64,000 nt of DNA from an uncultured Chloroflexia bacterium (GCA_963780425.1 CAWABZ010000008.1:192931-256930); one strand, 5' to 3'; positions 18,961 to 30,258 are shown, counted from the first letter of the stretch. The notes: generated by a model from the letters alone, not told the origin. Made by a program: numbers and translations.

Positions 18961-20240
18961 ATGCAAACGGTCAAGACGCAGACGGCACAGTCCTCTGGGG
19001 CAGGTGCTCTGGCTGCGGCGCTCGCCCAGTTCGATGCTGCGGCCGACCACATCGCGCTCGAGTCCGGCCTCCGTGCCGTCCTGCGAGTTCCGCAGCGCGA
19101 GTACACGATCAACTTCCCCGTCAAGCGCGATGACGGCTCGGTTGAGGTGTTCCAGGGCTATCGCGTCCAGCACAACGTCGCGCGCGGGCCGGCCAAGGGC
19201 GGGCTTCGGTTCCATCCCAAGACCGATCTCGACGACGTTCGTGCGCTCGCGATGTGGATGACCTGGAAGGCAGCCCTGGTCGACGTGCCGTTCGGGGGCG
19301 CCAAGGGCGGCGTGACCTGCGACTCCGAGCACGATGAGTCAGAAGGAGCTCGAGGCGCTCACCCGTCGGTTCGCGACGGAACTCGAAGGGATCATCGGGC
19401 CGGACTCGGATATCCCGGCCCCCGACGTCGGGACGAATGCTCAGACGATGGCCTGGATCATGGACACCGTCTCGATGCACCGGGGCTACTCGGTGCCCGG
19501 CGCCGTGACCGGCAAGCCGATCGCGATCGGCGGTTCGGTCGGCCGTGCGGACGCGACGGGTCAGGGCGTCGTCTACACCATCGCGGAGGTTGCTCGCCGG
19601 GGCGGGTTCGAACTCGAAGGCTCCCGCGTGGCGGTCCAGGGCTTCGGCAACGTCGGCGAAGCGACGGCGCGTCTTGCTCCATGAGGCTGGCGCTCAAGTC
19701 GTCGCGATCACTGACGTACACGGCGGCGTCGCGAGTCCCGAGGGACTCGACGTCCCCTTCCTCCGACGCCATCTGGGTGAGCACGGCACGATCGCCGGGG
19801 CGCCCAGGACGCGGCCGATCGGCAACGAGGAGCTCTTCGGCCTCGATGTCGACGTCCTCGTCCTCGCGGCGCTCGAGGGTCAGATCACGGCGGCAAATGC
19901 CGACACGGTCCGGGCGCGGATCCTCGCCGAGGCGGCAAACGGACCGGTCGCACCTGACGCCGACCCCATCCTGCGTGCCAACGGCGTCGAAGTCCTTCCG
20001 GACATCCTGTGCAATGCGGGCGGCGTGATCGTCAGCTACTTCGAATGGGCCCAGAACCGAGCGGCTGTCGCCTGGACTCTCGAGGAGATCAACGAGCGGT
20101 TGCGCCGTCAGATCCTGACGGCCGCGGACGCTGTTTGGGCACGTTCCGCGGCAGATAGGATCGAGCCACGACTCGCTGCTCAGGCCATTGCCGTCGAGCG
20201 CGTTGCCGAGGCTACCCGGCTCCGCGGGCTGTACCCGTAG
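18961..20240 (+). pseudogene. gdhA: NAD(P)-specific glutamate dehydrogenase, 2 frameshifts
   Basis: [17 protein letters not shown]...[15 protein letters not shown] is in frame 18919... [13 protein letters not shown]...[14 protein letters not shown]...GFGNVG is in 19334..19684. ...ANGP...[17 protein letters not shown] is in 19545..20240. Shifts are at about 19330 and 19675. Confidence 0.9.
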
Positions 20241-20363
20241 CGCGGCCCTCCGCGACGTCGCGTGATACCGGGAGTCACCGGAAGGCCGCACGCACCCCGT
20301 CTACCGCTCACCGATCAGTGACGCGCCCTCGTCGGAAGTGCGGACAGCGGATCAGTAGGAATG

Positions 20364-20807
20364 TCAGCGAGCTACCGGGGCTGCAGCCATGAACCCCGCG
20401 TTCACCTCGCCCTTGTGTGCCGCAAACGCTGCCAGGACCTGACCCTTCTCCCGCTCGGGCACCTTGAAATGGTCAAGGCTGCGCCCAAGTTCAGCCGCGA
20501 CCTCATCGAACTCGTCGGGAGAGATCTTGAGCTCGCGATGGGCTTCCTCCAAACCAAGCGTCGTGCTTCCGGGCTTCGTCGCGGTGTATTCGAAGGGCCC
20601 ACCGGATACGTTGCAGACCCACAGCGTGCGCATCCATTTCAGGCCGGGGAGTCTGTCTGGTTGCTCGACGCTCCATTCGCGCAGGGCGGGGTTCTTCGAG
20701 AGCTTTCCAACGGCCGGATTCGCGACGACTGCATCGCTGAAATGGTCAACGACAGCGGCGATCGCAAAGACGCCGCCGAGCCTTTCGTACAAACTCGCCT
20801 CAGCCAT
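20364..20807 (-). CDS. truncated-haemoglobin-like globin family protein
   Basis: 147 aa and intact. The N-terminal SLYERLGGVFAIAAVVDHFSDAV is typical of the trHb/globin-coupled family. Confidence 0.75.
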   Translation of the reverse strand: MAEASLYERLGGVFAIAAVVDHFSDAVVANPAVGKLSKNPALREWSVEQPDRLPGLKWMRTLWVCNVSGGPFEYTATKPGSTTLGLEEAHRELKISPDEFDEVAAELGRSLDHFKVPEREKGQVLAAFAAHKGEVNAGFMAAAPVAR

Positions 20808-21079
20808 GGTTCAAGTACCTCTGTTGAGATTTCTGTGATGTCCTGGGTACGCAGCGGGCTGCTGGCGGAGCCGAATTCGCCTGCTCGAACATTGCGAATC
20901 CGTCAGGGGCGGAATCCGCAAACCACTCGTCCCCAAGGCCGAACCTAACCGCCGTCCTTGGCATTCGTGACCCCGATGCGCGCGACCGCGTCAGCCGCAA
21001 CACCTCCCCTGGGCGCCACGAGTCGGCGACACTCGGCTTCGAGCGTCTGAGAAGTTTGCCGGTCTAGTGCTCAGAACTC

Positions 21080-21095
21080 AGTGACCGTAGTCACG
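21080..21095. promoter_or_regulatory. CRP/FNR-type palindrome aGTGAccgtagTCACg
   Basis: GTGA-N6-TCAC was read directly. It lies 26 nt past the Crp/Fnr gene stop and 274 nt upstream of the globin start. Confidence 0.3.
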
Positions 21096-21120
21096 CACAG
21101 GCCCTGCGAGCGGGCGGACC

Positions 21121-21840
21121 CTAGAGGTTCGACCGGTCGCTGACCAGCCGGGAGAGCACCGCTTCATCGAGCACCTGAACGCGGCCGCGCGATAGATGGA
21201 TCGCGCCGGTTCGCTCGTAGTTCTCCAACAGGCGACTGACGACCTCGCGGGCCGTTCCGAGCTCGGCGGCGATGTCTTCGTGCCTCATGGAGATCACCCT
21301 TGCCGCGTCAACGTGCTGCAGCAGAAGAGCGGCGAGGCGGCTTTCCATCGTCCGGAACGCGACATCCTCTAGAAGAGTCGTGACATCGACAAGCGCCCGG
21401 CTCATCGTTTCGAAGATGAACCTGCGCATGGGGTCGCTCGTGCTCACCCACTCGCGCAGGGCGGCAGACGGAAGGACCACCGCCTCGGTTGCGACTTCAG
21501 CTTGAGCCGTCGCGATCGCCGGCTTCCCGAGCAACACGGACAGCATGCTGACCAGGCTCGACTGCTGGTCCCGCACGTGGTACAGGGTGATCTCGCGTCC
21601 TGTCCCCCCGATCCTGAAGACTCGGATGCTGCCCGTACCGACCGCGGCAAACTGGCTCGACAGATCCCCTTCGCTGAATAGCCGATCGCCCGGCGCCAGC
21701 TTCACATACCGAGCCGCTTTCGAAATGCTCGACTGCAACTCAGAGGGTGCCTCGCGATAGAAGTCGACCTGCTCCAGAATGCCCTGCTTGTCCAAAATCC
21801 TCACGCCTCCTTCTCGAGCTCTCGTGGCCCGTCGTGGCAT
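21121..21840 (-). CDS. Crp/Fnr family transcriptional regulator
   Basis: It has a cNMP-binding-like N-terminal domain (FSEGDLSSQFAAVGTGSIRVFR) and a C-terminal HTH (RHEDIAAELGTAREVVSRLL). The true start may be an internal GTG a few codons in. Confidence 0.85.
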   Translation of the reverse strand: MPRRATRAREGGVRILDKQGILEQVDFYREAPSELQSSISKAARYVKLAPGDRLFSEGDLSSQFAAVGTGSIRVFRIGGTGREITLYHVRDQQSSLVSMLSVLLGKPAIATAQAEVATEAVVLPSAALREWVSTSDPMRRFIFETMSRALVDVTTLLEDVAFRTMESRLAALLLQHVDAARVISMRHEDIAAELGTAREVVSRLLENYERTGAIHLSRGRVQVLDEAVLSRLVSDRSNL

Positions 21841-22245
21841 TCACCCAACGTCGGCCATTGCCTGTTCGATGGTCTGAACGGTGGCGCCGCCCGCTGACCC
21901 AGCGGACCTTGGTTGCCAGGGCCAGCGGCCCGTCAGCTCGACCTCCAGGGAGAAGCTCAGGAACGTCCGGATGATGACGATCATTGCCAGCAGGCCGACA
22001 CTCGTAAAGGTGGGCGCGATGGCCACCGTGCGGATGATGTCCCCTGCGACCAGGAGCTCCAGGCCAAGAAGAACGCCGCGACCGATGGACTGCCTGAGCT
22101 GACGATAGGAGTTGTCGATCGGTGCATCTCTGGTCAGCCCGCGTGCGAACGCGGCTCCAGCGATGCCGATCGAAATGACGATGACTGCAACGCCAATAGC
22201 ATCCACCGCAAGTCCGACGACATCGACGGCGCCGCGGATGTCCAT
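21841..22245 (-). CDS. DUF1622 domain membrane protein
   Basis: 134 aa. LLGLELLVAGDIIRTV is the characteristic DUF1622 motif. It abuts the Crp/Fnr start. Confidence 0.7.
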   Translation of the reverse strand: MDIRGAVDVVGLAVDAIGVAVIVISIGIAGAAFARGLTRDAPIDNSYRQLRQSIGRGVLLGLELLVAGDIIRTVAIAPTFTSVGLLAMIVIIRTFLSFSLEVELTGRWPWQPRSAGSAGGATVQTIEQAMADVG

Positions 22246-22352
22246 GGTGCTAGTCGCTCAGATCGTCTGTGGGCGGGATGGGAACGATGACCGCGCTTCT
22301 GTGCGGGCGATGGCCCCAGGCGCTGCCCAGCAGGCTGGCGATCCGATGCGAC

Positions 22353-22916
22353 TCATGCCGCCGGTCGGCTCGACTCTCGGTGTTGGCTGACCTCTTGGAC
22401 TTCGACCGCGGCGATGTCAAGTTCGACCCGGATTTCGTCGCCGACCAGCCAGCCGCCGGCCTCGAGGGCGACGTTCCAGGTCAAGCCCCAATCCTTGCGA
22501 TTGATCTTCGTCGTGGCCGAGAAGGCTGCGCGGCGTAGGCCGTCCATGCCAGCCACAACTCCGAGGCGCTCAGTTTCGAGGACGATCGGGCGAGTCGTGT
22601 CACGGATGGTCAGGTCCCCGTGGATCCTGTAGTCGGCACCAGTCCGCTCGATCTTCGTGCTCAGGAAGGTGATCTCGGGATAAGTCGCCGCGTCGAAGAA
22701 GTCGGCAGATCGCAGGTGGTCATCGCGCTGGTCGACCCCCGTGTCGATACTCGCGACGCTTACCCGCGCCTCGACGGAGGACCGCGAGAGCGCGTCCTCG
22801 TCGACGTCGATCGTTCCGACGACGTCGCGAAACCGGCCACGGACGGTTGCGATCATCGTGTGCTTGACCTTGAAGCCGACCTCGGAGTGGGTTTGATCGA
22901 TCGCCCAGCGACTCAT
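22353..22916 (-). CDS. YceI family polyisoprenoid-binding protein
   Basis: WAIDQTHSEVGFKVKHTMIATVRGRF...ASIDTGVDQRDDHLRSADFFD. ATG 22916 is within ORF 22353..23114. Confidence 0.85.
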   Translation of the reverse strand: MSRWAIDQTHSEVGFKVKHTMIATVRGRFRDVVGTIDVDEDALSRSSVEARVSVASIDTGVDQRDDHLRSADFFDAATYPEITFLSTKIERTGADYRIHGDLTIRDTTRPIVLETERLGVVAGMDGLRRAAFSATTKINRKDWGLTWNVALEAGGWLVGDEIRVELDIAAVEVQEVSQHRESSRPAA

Positions 22917-23154
22917 TGGTTGCAATCCTTCCGGTGCGCCGTCCTCGGCTGCTCCGTGCTTCGTGTTGCGGTCAGACACGGAGGACCCGGCCTGCAACGC
23001 TCCAACACTCTTTCGAACTGACGGTACGGCTGTGCGGTAAACAGGCTGGTCAACGTCCATGTACGCCAGATGAATGGGCACCCTCGGCCGTGCCAGTCGC
23101 CACGCAGCGGACACTCCGTGACGAACGCTCCGTTCGGGTCGCTACAGTCGCTCC

Positions 23155-24636
23155 ATGACGCGCGACACGATTACGACCGCGAGCCGCCGGCGGACCAAGC
23201 TCGTTTGCACGATTGGGCCTGCGACCGAACTACGGATGGACGAGATGGTCATGGCCGGGATGGACGTCGCGCAAATCAACTTTTCGCATGGCACCGCGGC
23301 CTCGCGCCAAGCGACTGCTATTGCTGCCCGCCAAGCCGAGGCAGCGAGTGGGCGACCGGTCGGGATCATGACCGATCTTGCAGGCCCCAAGATCCGGTTG
23401 GGCGACTTCGCCGATGGGTCGATCGACCTCATGCCCGGTCGCCCCTTCGCCCTTCGCGCCTTTCGAAACGGTGAGCCGCCGGGCGATGCTGCGGGTGTCC
23501 AGGTTTCGTACGCAGGGCTCGCCACGGATGTCCGGGTGGGGGATCGCGTGCTCCTTGCGGATGGGGCAGCGGAGCTGCGCGTGATCAGCGTCGGTAGTCA
23601 CGTCGAGACTGAGGTCGTGCGAGGAGGAACGGTCCGTTCTCGAACCGGGGTCGCCATCCCTGCCGACAGGCTGTCATCGCCCGCCCTCACCGCCAAGGAC
23701 CGAGCCGATCTGCCAGTGGCGATCGAACTCGGTGCCGATCTCATCGGTCAGTCGTTCGTCCGGGGACCTGATGACATCCTGGCCCTTCGGGCGCTGCTGG
23801 GGCCGGACGGGCCGCACATCGTCGCCAAGATCGAGACGCGTCCGGCAGTCGAGTCGTTTGACGCCATCCTCGACGTCGTGGACGCCGTGATGATCGCGCG
23901 TGGCGATCTCGGCGTGGAGGTGCCGTACGAAGAAGTGCCGCTGATCCAGAAGCAGCTCGTGCGCCGGGCGCTCGACCGGGGCATCCCGTCTATCGTGGCT
24001 ACGCAGATGCTCGAGTCGATGACCAGTTCGCCTCGCCCCACGCGCGCAGAGGCCAGCGACGTCGCGAACGCCGTGTTCGATGGTGCCGATGCGATCATGC
24101 TCAGCGGCGAGACAGCGATCGGTGCGTATCCGGTGCTCGCGACCGAAGCCGCCACGCGGATCGCCTTGCGGTGCGAGATCGGCGGGACTTCGCATCTGCC
24201 GGCGGGCATGGCCCCCTCACATGGTGCCGACATCGGGGCACTGGCCTTTGCAGCTGCGGCGCTGGTGACCGCGGACGCGAGCATCGAGGCGATCGCCTGC
24301 TATACGCGCACCGGCCGGACTGCACGGATCCTGTCGGCGCTCCGGCCCGGTGTGCCAATCGTCGCCTTTTCGCCGGACCCGCATGTCGCCGGGCGCCTGG
24401 CGCTCGCCCACGGCGTCTTCGCGCGGACATGCGCACTCTTCGGAGAGTCGTCGGATCGGATCGTGGAGTTGGAACGGCTGCTCCGCGACACACGGATCCT
24501 GGCTGCCGACGCGTCGGTCGTGTTCGTCACGTCAGCGGGAGCTCCGGGATCGGCGCCGGACGTCCTGGCCATTCGTCACGTGCCCGTTGATCTTGGACCG
24601 CAGCCGACCGAGCCTGGCCAACGGGCCTCGCCCTGA
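23155..24636 (+). CDS. pyk: pyruvate kinase
   Basis: 493 aa and intact. Motifs: RRTKLVCTIGP, MDVAQINFSHG, IVAKIETR, MIARGDLGVE, ATQMLESM. Confidence 0.95.
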   Translation: MTRDTITTASRRRTKLVCTIGPATELRMDEMVMAGMDVAQINFSHGTAASRQATAIAARQAEAASGRPVGIMTDLAGPKIRLGDFADGSIDLMPGRPFALRAFRNGEPPGDAAGVQVSYAGLATDVRVGDRVLLADGAAELRVISVGSHVETEVVRGGTVRSRTGVAIPADRLSSPALTAKDRADLPVAIELGADLIGQSFVRGPDDILALRALLGPDGPHIVAKIETRPAVESFDAILDVVDAVMIARGDLGVEVPYEEVPLIQKQLVRRALDRGIPSIVATQMLESMTSSPRPTRAEASDVANAVFDGADAIMLSGETAIGAYPVLATEAATRIALRCEIGGTSHLPAGMAPSHGADIGALAFAAAALVTADASIEAIACYTRTGRTARILSALRPGVPIVAFSPDPHVAGRLALAHGVFARTCALFGESSDRIVELERLLRDTRILAADASVVFVTSAGAPGSAPDVLAIRHVPVDLGPQPTEPGQRASP

Positions 24637-24645
24637 CACCGCGAC

Positions 24646-24672
24646 GTTCACGGGGCGTACATGTCAGTTCCC
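24646..24672 (+). promoter_or_regulatory. three phased hexamers GTTCAC / GTACAT / GTTCCC just after pyk, ahead of the long trpS leader
   Basis: Units start at 24646, 24657 and 24667. This would give a ~430-nt leader before ATG 25097. Confidence 0.3.
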
Positions 24673-25096
24673 ACGGGTTTCCCCGTCGGTCGTCGACCAT
24701 CGGATCATGAACACCATCGAGTCCCGGCTCCGCCGGCCCCGAACGCATGTCGCTGATACGGTCGACCTATCCCGCCGGTGGCCCTCCTTATCGCTCATCG
24801 TCGACTCCGTCCTCGGTGTCGCCCGATGGATGCGTTGGACTGCAGGCGGGTGGATCCGTGACCTCGGCTCATCGACCCAGCTGGGTCCCGATCCCGAACA
24901 GGTCACCGGACGGGCAACCGGGGCCCGAACGTAACCCAGCGGCTGCTGCAGCGGCATCTACCTGATGCGGGCAGACGTCGTTCGTGTGAGCCCCGTCCAA
25001 ATCCTGCCCGGTACTAGCGCTGCGTCTCATCTACGGTGCACGTCGTCCGCCGCGGGTGAGAAGGAATCCAGGACGCCGAATAGGCTGAGCAGGTCG

Positions 25097-26140
25097 ATGT
25101 CAAACAACAACGCAAGGAACGACCTCGAACCCGATGATACCCGCCGGCCGCGGCTGCTCACCGGTGATCGGCCGACAGGTCCGCTCCACCTCGGGCACTT
25201 CGTCGGCACGCTGCGGAACCGCCTGCGTCTTCAGGAAACGCATGACACGTTCATCCTCGTGGCAGACCAGCACATGCTGACCACCCGCCTCGACCACCTC
25301 TCGGAGATCGAGGCGAACATCCGCGAGGACGTCGTGGGCAACCTCGCGGTGGGTGTGGACTCGACCAGGGCGACGATCTACCTCCAGTCGCGTGTGCCCG
25401 AGACGGCCGAGCTGTTCCTCTACTTCGCGATGCTTGTTTCGGTGGCTCGGGCCCAGCGGATCCCCACTCTCAAGGACAAGCTCCGCGAGACACGTCTCGC
25501 TCAGCCGTCGTACGGCCTGCTCGGATACCCGGTCCTTCAGGCGGCTGACATCCTCCTCGTCAAGGGCGACGTGGTGCCTGTCGGCCCCGATCAGGCTGCC
25601 CACGTGGAACTCGCCCGCGAGATCGCCCGCAGCTTCAATGAGCGGTTCGTGCCCGTATTCCCAGTGCCTTCCGGTCTGGCCCCAGCGTCAGGCACGCTTC
25701 CAGGCATCGACGGTTCGCCGAAGATGAGCCGATCGGTCGGGAACACGATCAACCTCTTCGATGACCCGGAGGCTGTTCGCGCCAAGGTCATGTCGATGTA
25801 CACCGATCCAACCAGGCTTCGTGCAACCGACCCGGGACACGTCGAGGGGAATCCAGTGTTCGCCTACCACGACGCGTTCAACGCCGACACAGACGAGGTG
25901 GAGGATCTGAAGCAGAGGTACGTCGCCGGACGGGTTGGCGACGTAGAGGTGAAGCAGCGACTCGTCGCGACTTTGGAGTGTTTCCTCGACCCAATTCGGC
26001 AGCGTCGGCGAGACCTGCTGGCGGAGAACCCCACGATCGTCGAGGACGTGCTACGAACCGGAACGGCCCGTGCCCGCATCGAGGCCGCCGCGACGATGCG
26101 ACAAGTCCGAACGGCCATGCATCTTGACTACTTTGCCTAG
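25097..26140 (+). CDS. trpS: tryptophan-tRNA ligase
   Basis: It has the class I motifs [12 protein letters not shown] (HIGH-like) and KMSRS (KMSKS-like). ATG 25097 is within ORF 24965..26140. Confidence 0.9.
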   Translation: MSNNNARNDLEPDDTRRPRLLTGDRPTGPLHLGHFVGTLRNRLRLQETHDTFILVADQHMLTTRLDHLSEIEANIREDVVGNLAVGVDSTRATIYLQSRVPETAELFLYFAMLVSVARAQRIPTLKDKLRETRLAQPSYGLLGYPVLQAADILLVKGDVVPVGPDQAAHVELAREIARSFNERFVPVFPVPSGLAPASGTLPGIDGSPKMSRSVGNTINLFDDPEAVRAKVMSMYTDPTRLRATDPGHVEGNPVFAYHDAFNADTDEVEDLKQRYVAGRVGDVEVKQRLVATLECFLDPIRQRRRDLLAENPTIVEDVLRTGTARARIEAAATMRQVRTAMHLDYFA

Positions 26141-26177
26141 ACGGCCTCGCAGCACCCCGGGGGAGCTCGCGGACCCT

Positions 26178-26859
26178 ATGCCCCCGGCCCTGTCGGAGCT
26201 GGCTGCCGAGATCGTTGTCTGTCGCCTCTGCCCGCGACTTGTCGCATGGCGCGAACGGGTCGCCTCCGAGAAGGTCGCTCGCTTCGCGGCAGAGACCTAC
26301 TGGGGTCGACCCCTGCCCGGTTTCGGCGATCCCGACGCACGGGTGTTCGTCCTTGGACTGGCGCCGGCCGCCCATGGTGGGAATCGGACGGGTCGCATCT
26401 TCACGGGCGATCGATCGGGTGACTTCCTGGTCGCCGCGCTCCACGCCACCGGATTCGCCAACCAGCCAACATCAACTCGGCCCGGAGATGGCCTCGCGCT
26501 GATCGATCTCTACGTCGCCGCCGCTGTCCGCTGCGCGCCACCGATGAACCATCCGACCGATCGGTGAGCGCGGCAACTGCGCCCCGTACCTTGTTCGCGA
26601 ACTCGCCGCGTTGCGTCGCATCCGCGTCATCGTCGCCCTCGGCGCATTCGCCTGGGATGCAGCGCTTCGCACCTTCGGTGACGCGACGGCGATCCCCAGG
26701 CCGCGACCGCGCTTTGGGCACGGCACAGAGGCCGTCATCGGCTCATACCGGCTGATCGGCTCGTTTCATCCGAGCCAAAGGAACACATTCACCGGCAGAC
26801 TCAGGCCGGCGATGCTCGAAGCCGTCCTGCGTCGCGCCGGCGAGCTGGCGCGCGACTGA
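26178..26859 (+). pseudogene. uracil-DNA glycosylase, family 5 (UdgB-like), one frameshift
   Basis: [26 protein letters not shown] (the family-5 GLAPA motif) and RCAPP are in ORF 26070..26567. The C-terminus LGAFAW...GSFHPSQRN is in 26611..26859. The shift is at about 26560 and the length is 682 nt. Confidence 0.8.
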
Positions 26860-26869
26860 GATCCTGCCG

Positions 26870-29711
26870 CTACCGTTGAGCCGCCAGGCGGCGGAGGACG
26901 GCTGGCAGGATGCCACCGTGGCGGTAGTAGTCGACGTCGATCGGGCCGTCCAGGCGGGCCACAACCTCGAACGAGCGTTCGCGACCGTCGCCATCGTGCC
27001 GGACGACCACATTGAGCCGGCAGCGCGGCGCGAGACTGTCGGCGATGCCCTCGACCGCGAACGACTCATGACCCGTGAGGCCGATCGACGCGGCGCCATC
27101 GCCGGGTAGGAACTCGAGCGGCAGGACGCCCATCCCGACCAGGTTTGAACGGTGGATCCGCTCGTAGCTCTCGGCGATGACGGCGCGGATGCCCAGGAGG
27201 GTCGTCCCCTTTGCCGCCCAGTCGCGCGACGACCCGGAGCCGTATTCGCGACCGGCGATGATGACCAGGGGGACACCTTCGTCCCGATACTTCATCGCAG
27301 CGTCGTAGATGAAGGCCTCTTCGCCATCCGGGAGATGGATCGTATACGGCCCTTCCTTGCCATCGACGAGACGGTTGCGCAGGCGGATATTGCCAAACGT
27401 GCCCCGCATCATGACCTCGTGATGGCCGCGCCGGGCGCCGTACGAGTTGAAGTCCAAAGGCGACACATCGTGCTCCTGGAGCCACTGGCCGGCCGGTGAC
27501 TTCGGGGCGATCGAACCGGCCGGCGAAATGTGGTCGGTCGTCACCGAATCGCCGAAGACCGCGAGCACCCGTGCACCCACGATGTCGGCGACGGGCGCGG
27601 GCTCGGTGGAGACGCTGTCGAAGAACGGTGGCCTGGCGACATACGTCGAGCTCGCGTTCCAGGCGTATCGATCGCCGGCTGGTGTCGGCAGCGCCCGCCA
27701 GCGATCGTCGCCATCGAACACGACGGCGTACGTTCGCCGGAACAGCTCAGGATCGATCGAATCGCTGATCACGGCCCGGATCTCGTCGGGCCCTGGCCAA
27801 AGATCCGAGAGCATCACCGGCAGCCCGTCGCGGTCGCGCCCCAGTGGCTCGGTGGTCAGGTCGATATCGACCCGCCCGGCAAGTGCAAACGCAACAACGA
27901 GCGGCGGTGAGGCGAGATAGCTCGCGCGCGCGAGGGGATGGATTCGCCCTTCAAAGTTCCGGTTTCCAGACAGCACCGCGGCTACGACAAGGTCGTTCTC
28001 TTCGATGGCCGTTGCGATCGGCTCGTCGAGCGGACCGGAGTTGCCGATACACGTCGTGCAGCCGTATCCGGCAAGCGCGAAGCCGAGCTGCTCGAGCGGC
28101 GCCATCAGCCCGGCTGTCTCGAGATAGCCGGTGACGGCCCTGGAGCCCGGGGCCAGGGACGTCTTGACGGTCGGGCTGACCGTGAGCCCGCGCGCCACGG
28201 CGTTCCTCGCCAGCAAGCCCGCTCCGACCATCACTGTCGGATTGGAGGTATTCGTGCACGAGGTGATTGCGGCAATCACCACGGACCCCATCCGGATGGA
28301 TCCTCTCGTTGCCCCGGTCTCTTGTGTGCCCTTCGCTGGAAGTGCGTCATCGACGACCGAATCGGCTATCGGCGCGGCGGAGTCGGCTTCCTGCTCGCGT
28401 TCGCCGCCGCGGGCGTACGAGGGCGGGTCACTTGCCGGGAACGAGTCGGCAGATGCCACCTCGACGACTCCCTCGATCGGTCGAGGACTCTCCGGCTCCC
28501 CTTCGAGCCCGGCAGCGTCCGCTCGGGAAGTTGGCGCGGAAGTTCTCCTTGAGCCGCATCGAGACCGACTCGATCCTGGGGACGGCGCGGCCCGGCCAGC
28601 GATGGGACGACCGACGTCGAGATCGAGCTCGATGAGCGCATCGAAGTCGAGGGCAGTACCTGGATCACGCCATAGGCCCTGTTCCTTCGCGTAGCGCTCG
28701 ACGAGGGCCACGCGATCATCGGAGCGCCCCGTCAGTCGCAGGTACTCGAGCGTCTCGTCATCGATCGGAAACAGCGTGGCCGTGGCCCCGAACTCCGGGC
28801 TCATGTTGCTGATCGTTGCCCGGTCGGCGAGCGACAGGCTGGCCAGACCGTCACCGGCGAACTCGACGAAGGAGCCGACGACACCAAACGTGCGCAGCAT
28901 CTCGGTCACCACAAGGACGAGGTCGGTCGCGGTCGAACCCTGCGGCAGCTCGCCGTGAAGACGCACGCCGACGATCCGCGGCATGGGCACGTAGAGCGGC
29001 TGGCCGAGCAACACGGCCTCGGCCTCGATCCCGCCCACCCCGTAGCCGAGCACACCGAGGCCGTTGACCATCGTCGTGTGCGAGTCGGTCCCGACAAGCG
29101 TGTCCGGGAATGCAACACGGCCGCGCTCATCCGCGCGATCGGCGACGACCGTGGCCAGATACTCCAGGTTGACCTGGTGGACGATCCCGGTTCCCGGTGG
29201 TACGACCCGCAGGCCCTGGAACGCGGTCTGGGCCCATCGAAGCAGCTGATACCGCTCACCGTTGCGCTCGTACTCGCGATCGACGTTGAATGCGAAGGCG
29301 CCTGGTGTCCCGAATCGATCGACCTGGACCGAGTGGTCGATAACGAGGTCTGCCGGCACCAGCGGATTGACCTTCGCGGGATCGCCGCCGAGGTCGGCGA
29401 TGGCGTCTCGCATCCCGGCCAGGTCCACGATCGCGGGCACGCCGGTAAAGTCCTGGAGGAGGACTCTCGACGGCATGAACGGGATCTCTGCATCGGCCAT
29501 CGCGACCGGGTCGCCAACTGGCGAGCACCTCGACGTGCGTGGGCTGCACAAGGCCGCGGCCGGCATGTCGGAGCACGTTCTCGAGCAGGATGCGCAGCGT
29601 CACCGGAGCGTGATCGAGGTCCAACCGATCGGCAAGGACGGCGAGTCGGTAGTGATCCGGATGCCCCGAACCTAGGCTCGCCCTCGCGCCGTAACGGTCA
29701 TGGTCAGGCAC
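26870..29711 (-). pseudogene. acnA: aconitate hydratase A, about 4 frameshifts
   Basis: The main ORF 26870..29566 carries VLLQDFTGVP, GTDSHTT, ITSCTNTSNP, CTTCIGNSG, SGNRNFEGR and REYGSGSSRDWAAKG. The N-terminus (GTG 29711, ...HYRLAVLADRLDLDHAPVTLRILLEN) is in another frame, with a shift at about 29515. Three more shifts lie within 28530..28630: VVPSLAGPRRPQDRV and LKENFRANFPSG appear in the two other frames. Confidence 0.95.
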
Positions 29712-29803
29712 CCGCGCACTTCTCCTGTGACGACACCTACGTCGAGTCGAACTGTACGGCCCGAGAGGACGTGAGCCTCGCGCAGCGGAAACCACCATGC
29801 CAA

Positions 29804-30214
29804 CTAGCGTGAAAGCGCACGGACAAGGTCGCTGTCCGAGATGACACCGAGTGCCGTTTCGGGGTCTTCGCCGACCACCACAAGCCGATCGACGTCGCAC
29901 TCGGTCATCATCCGCGCGGCTTCGGTCAGCGTGGCCGAACCGCGGATGGTGATGGCAGGTCGCGTCATCACGTCCCGAACCAAGACGGCGCCCCAAGCGG
30001 ACGACTGGACCGACGAAGCCGAGAGCCTGACGAGATCGGTCTGGCTGACCACTCCGACCAGGAGTCCCTCTGCGTCGACAACGGGCAGACCCCCGATGTC
30101 GTAGTCCGACAGAAGCTGGGCGACTCTGAATAGATCGACGTCTGGGGCGACGACGACTGGGTCACCCGCCGTCAGATCGACAACGAGGGCTTCGGACTCG
30201 TTCCTGTGCGCCAT
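29804..30214 (-). CDS. CBS-pair domain protein
   Basis: 136 aa and intact, with two CBS motifs (...IGGLPVVDAEGLLVGVVSQTDL... and ...VDRLVVVGEDPETALGVISDSDL...). Confidence 0.85.
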   Translation of the reverse strand: MAHRNESEALVVDLTAGDPVVVAPDVDLFRVAQLLSDYDIGGLPVVDAEGLLVGVVSQTDLVRLSASSVQSSAWGAVLVRDVMTRPAITIRGSATLTEAARMMTECDVDRLVVVGEDPETALGVISDSDLVRALSR

Positions 30215-30258
30215 GAGAGGACGCTAGAGCGTGCCCGTCGAGGTCACCGGAAACGCCC

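Noticed and set aside
23122-23136. Inverted repeat CGAACGctcCGTTCG 20 nt upstream of pyk, as a member of the RTTCAY motif family
   Set aside because: It is palindromic rather than a direct repeat, lacks the 11-bp phasing and overlaps the likely RBS region. I kept it out of the motif set to avoid inflating it.
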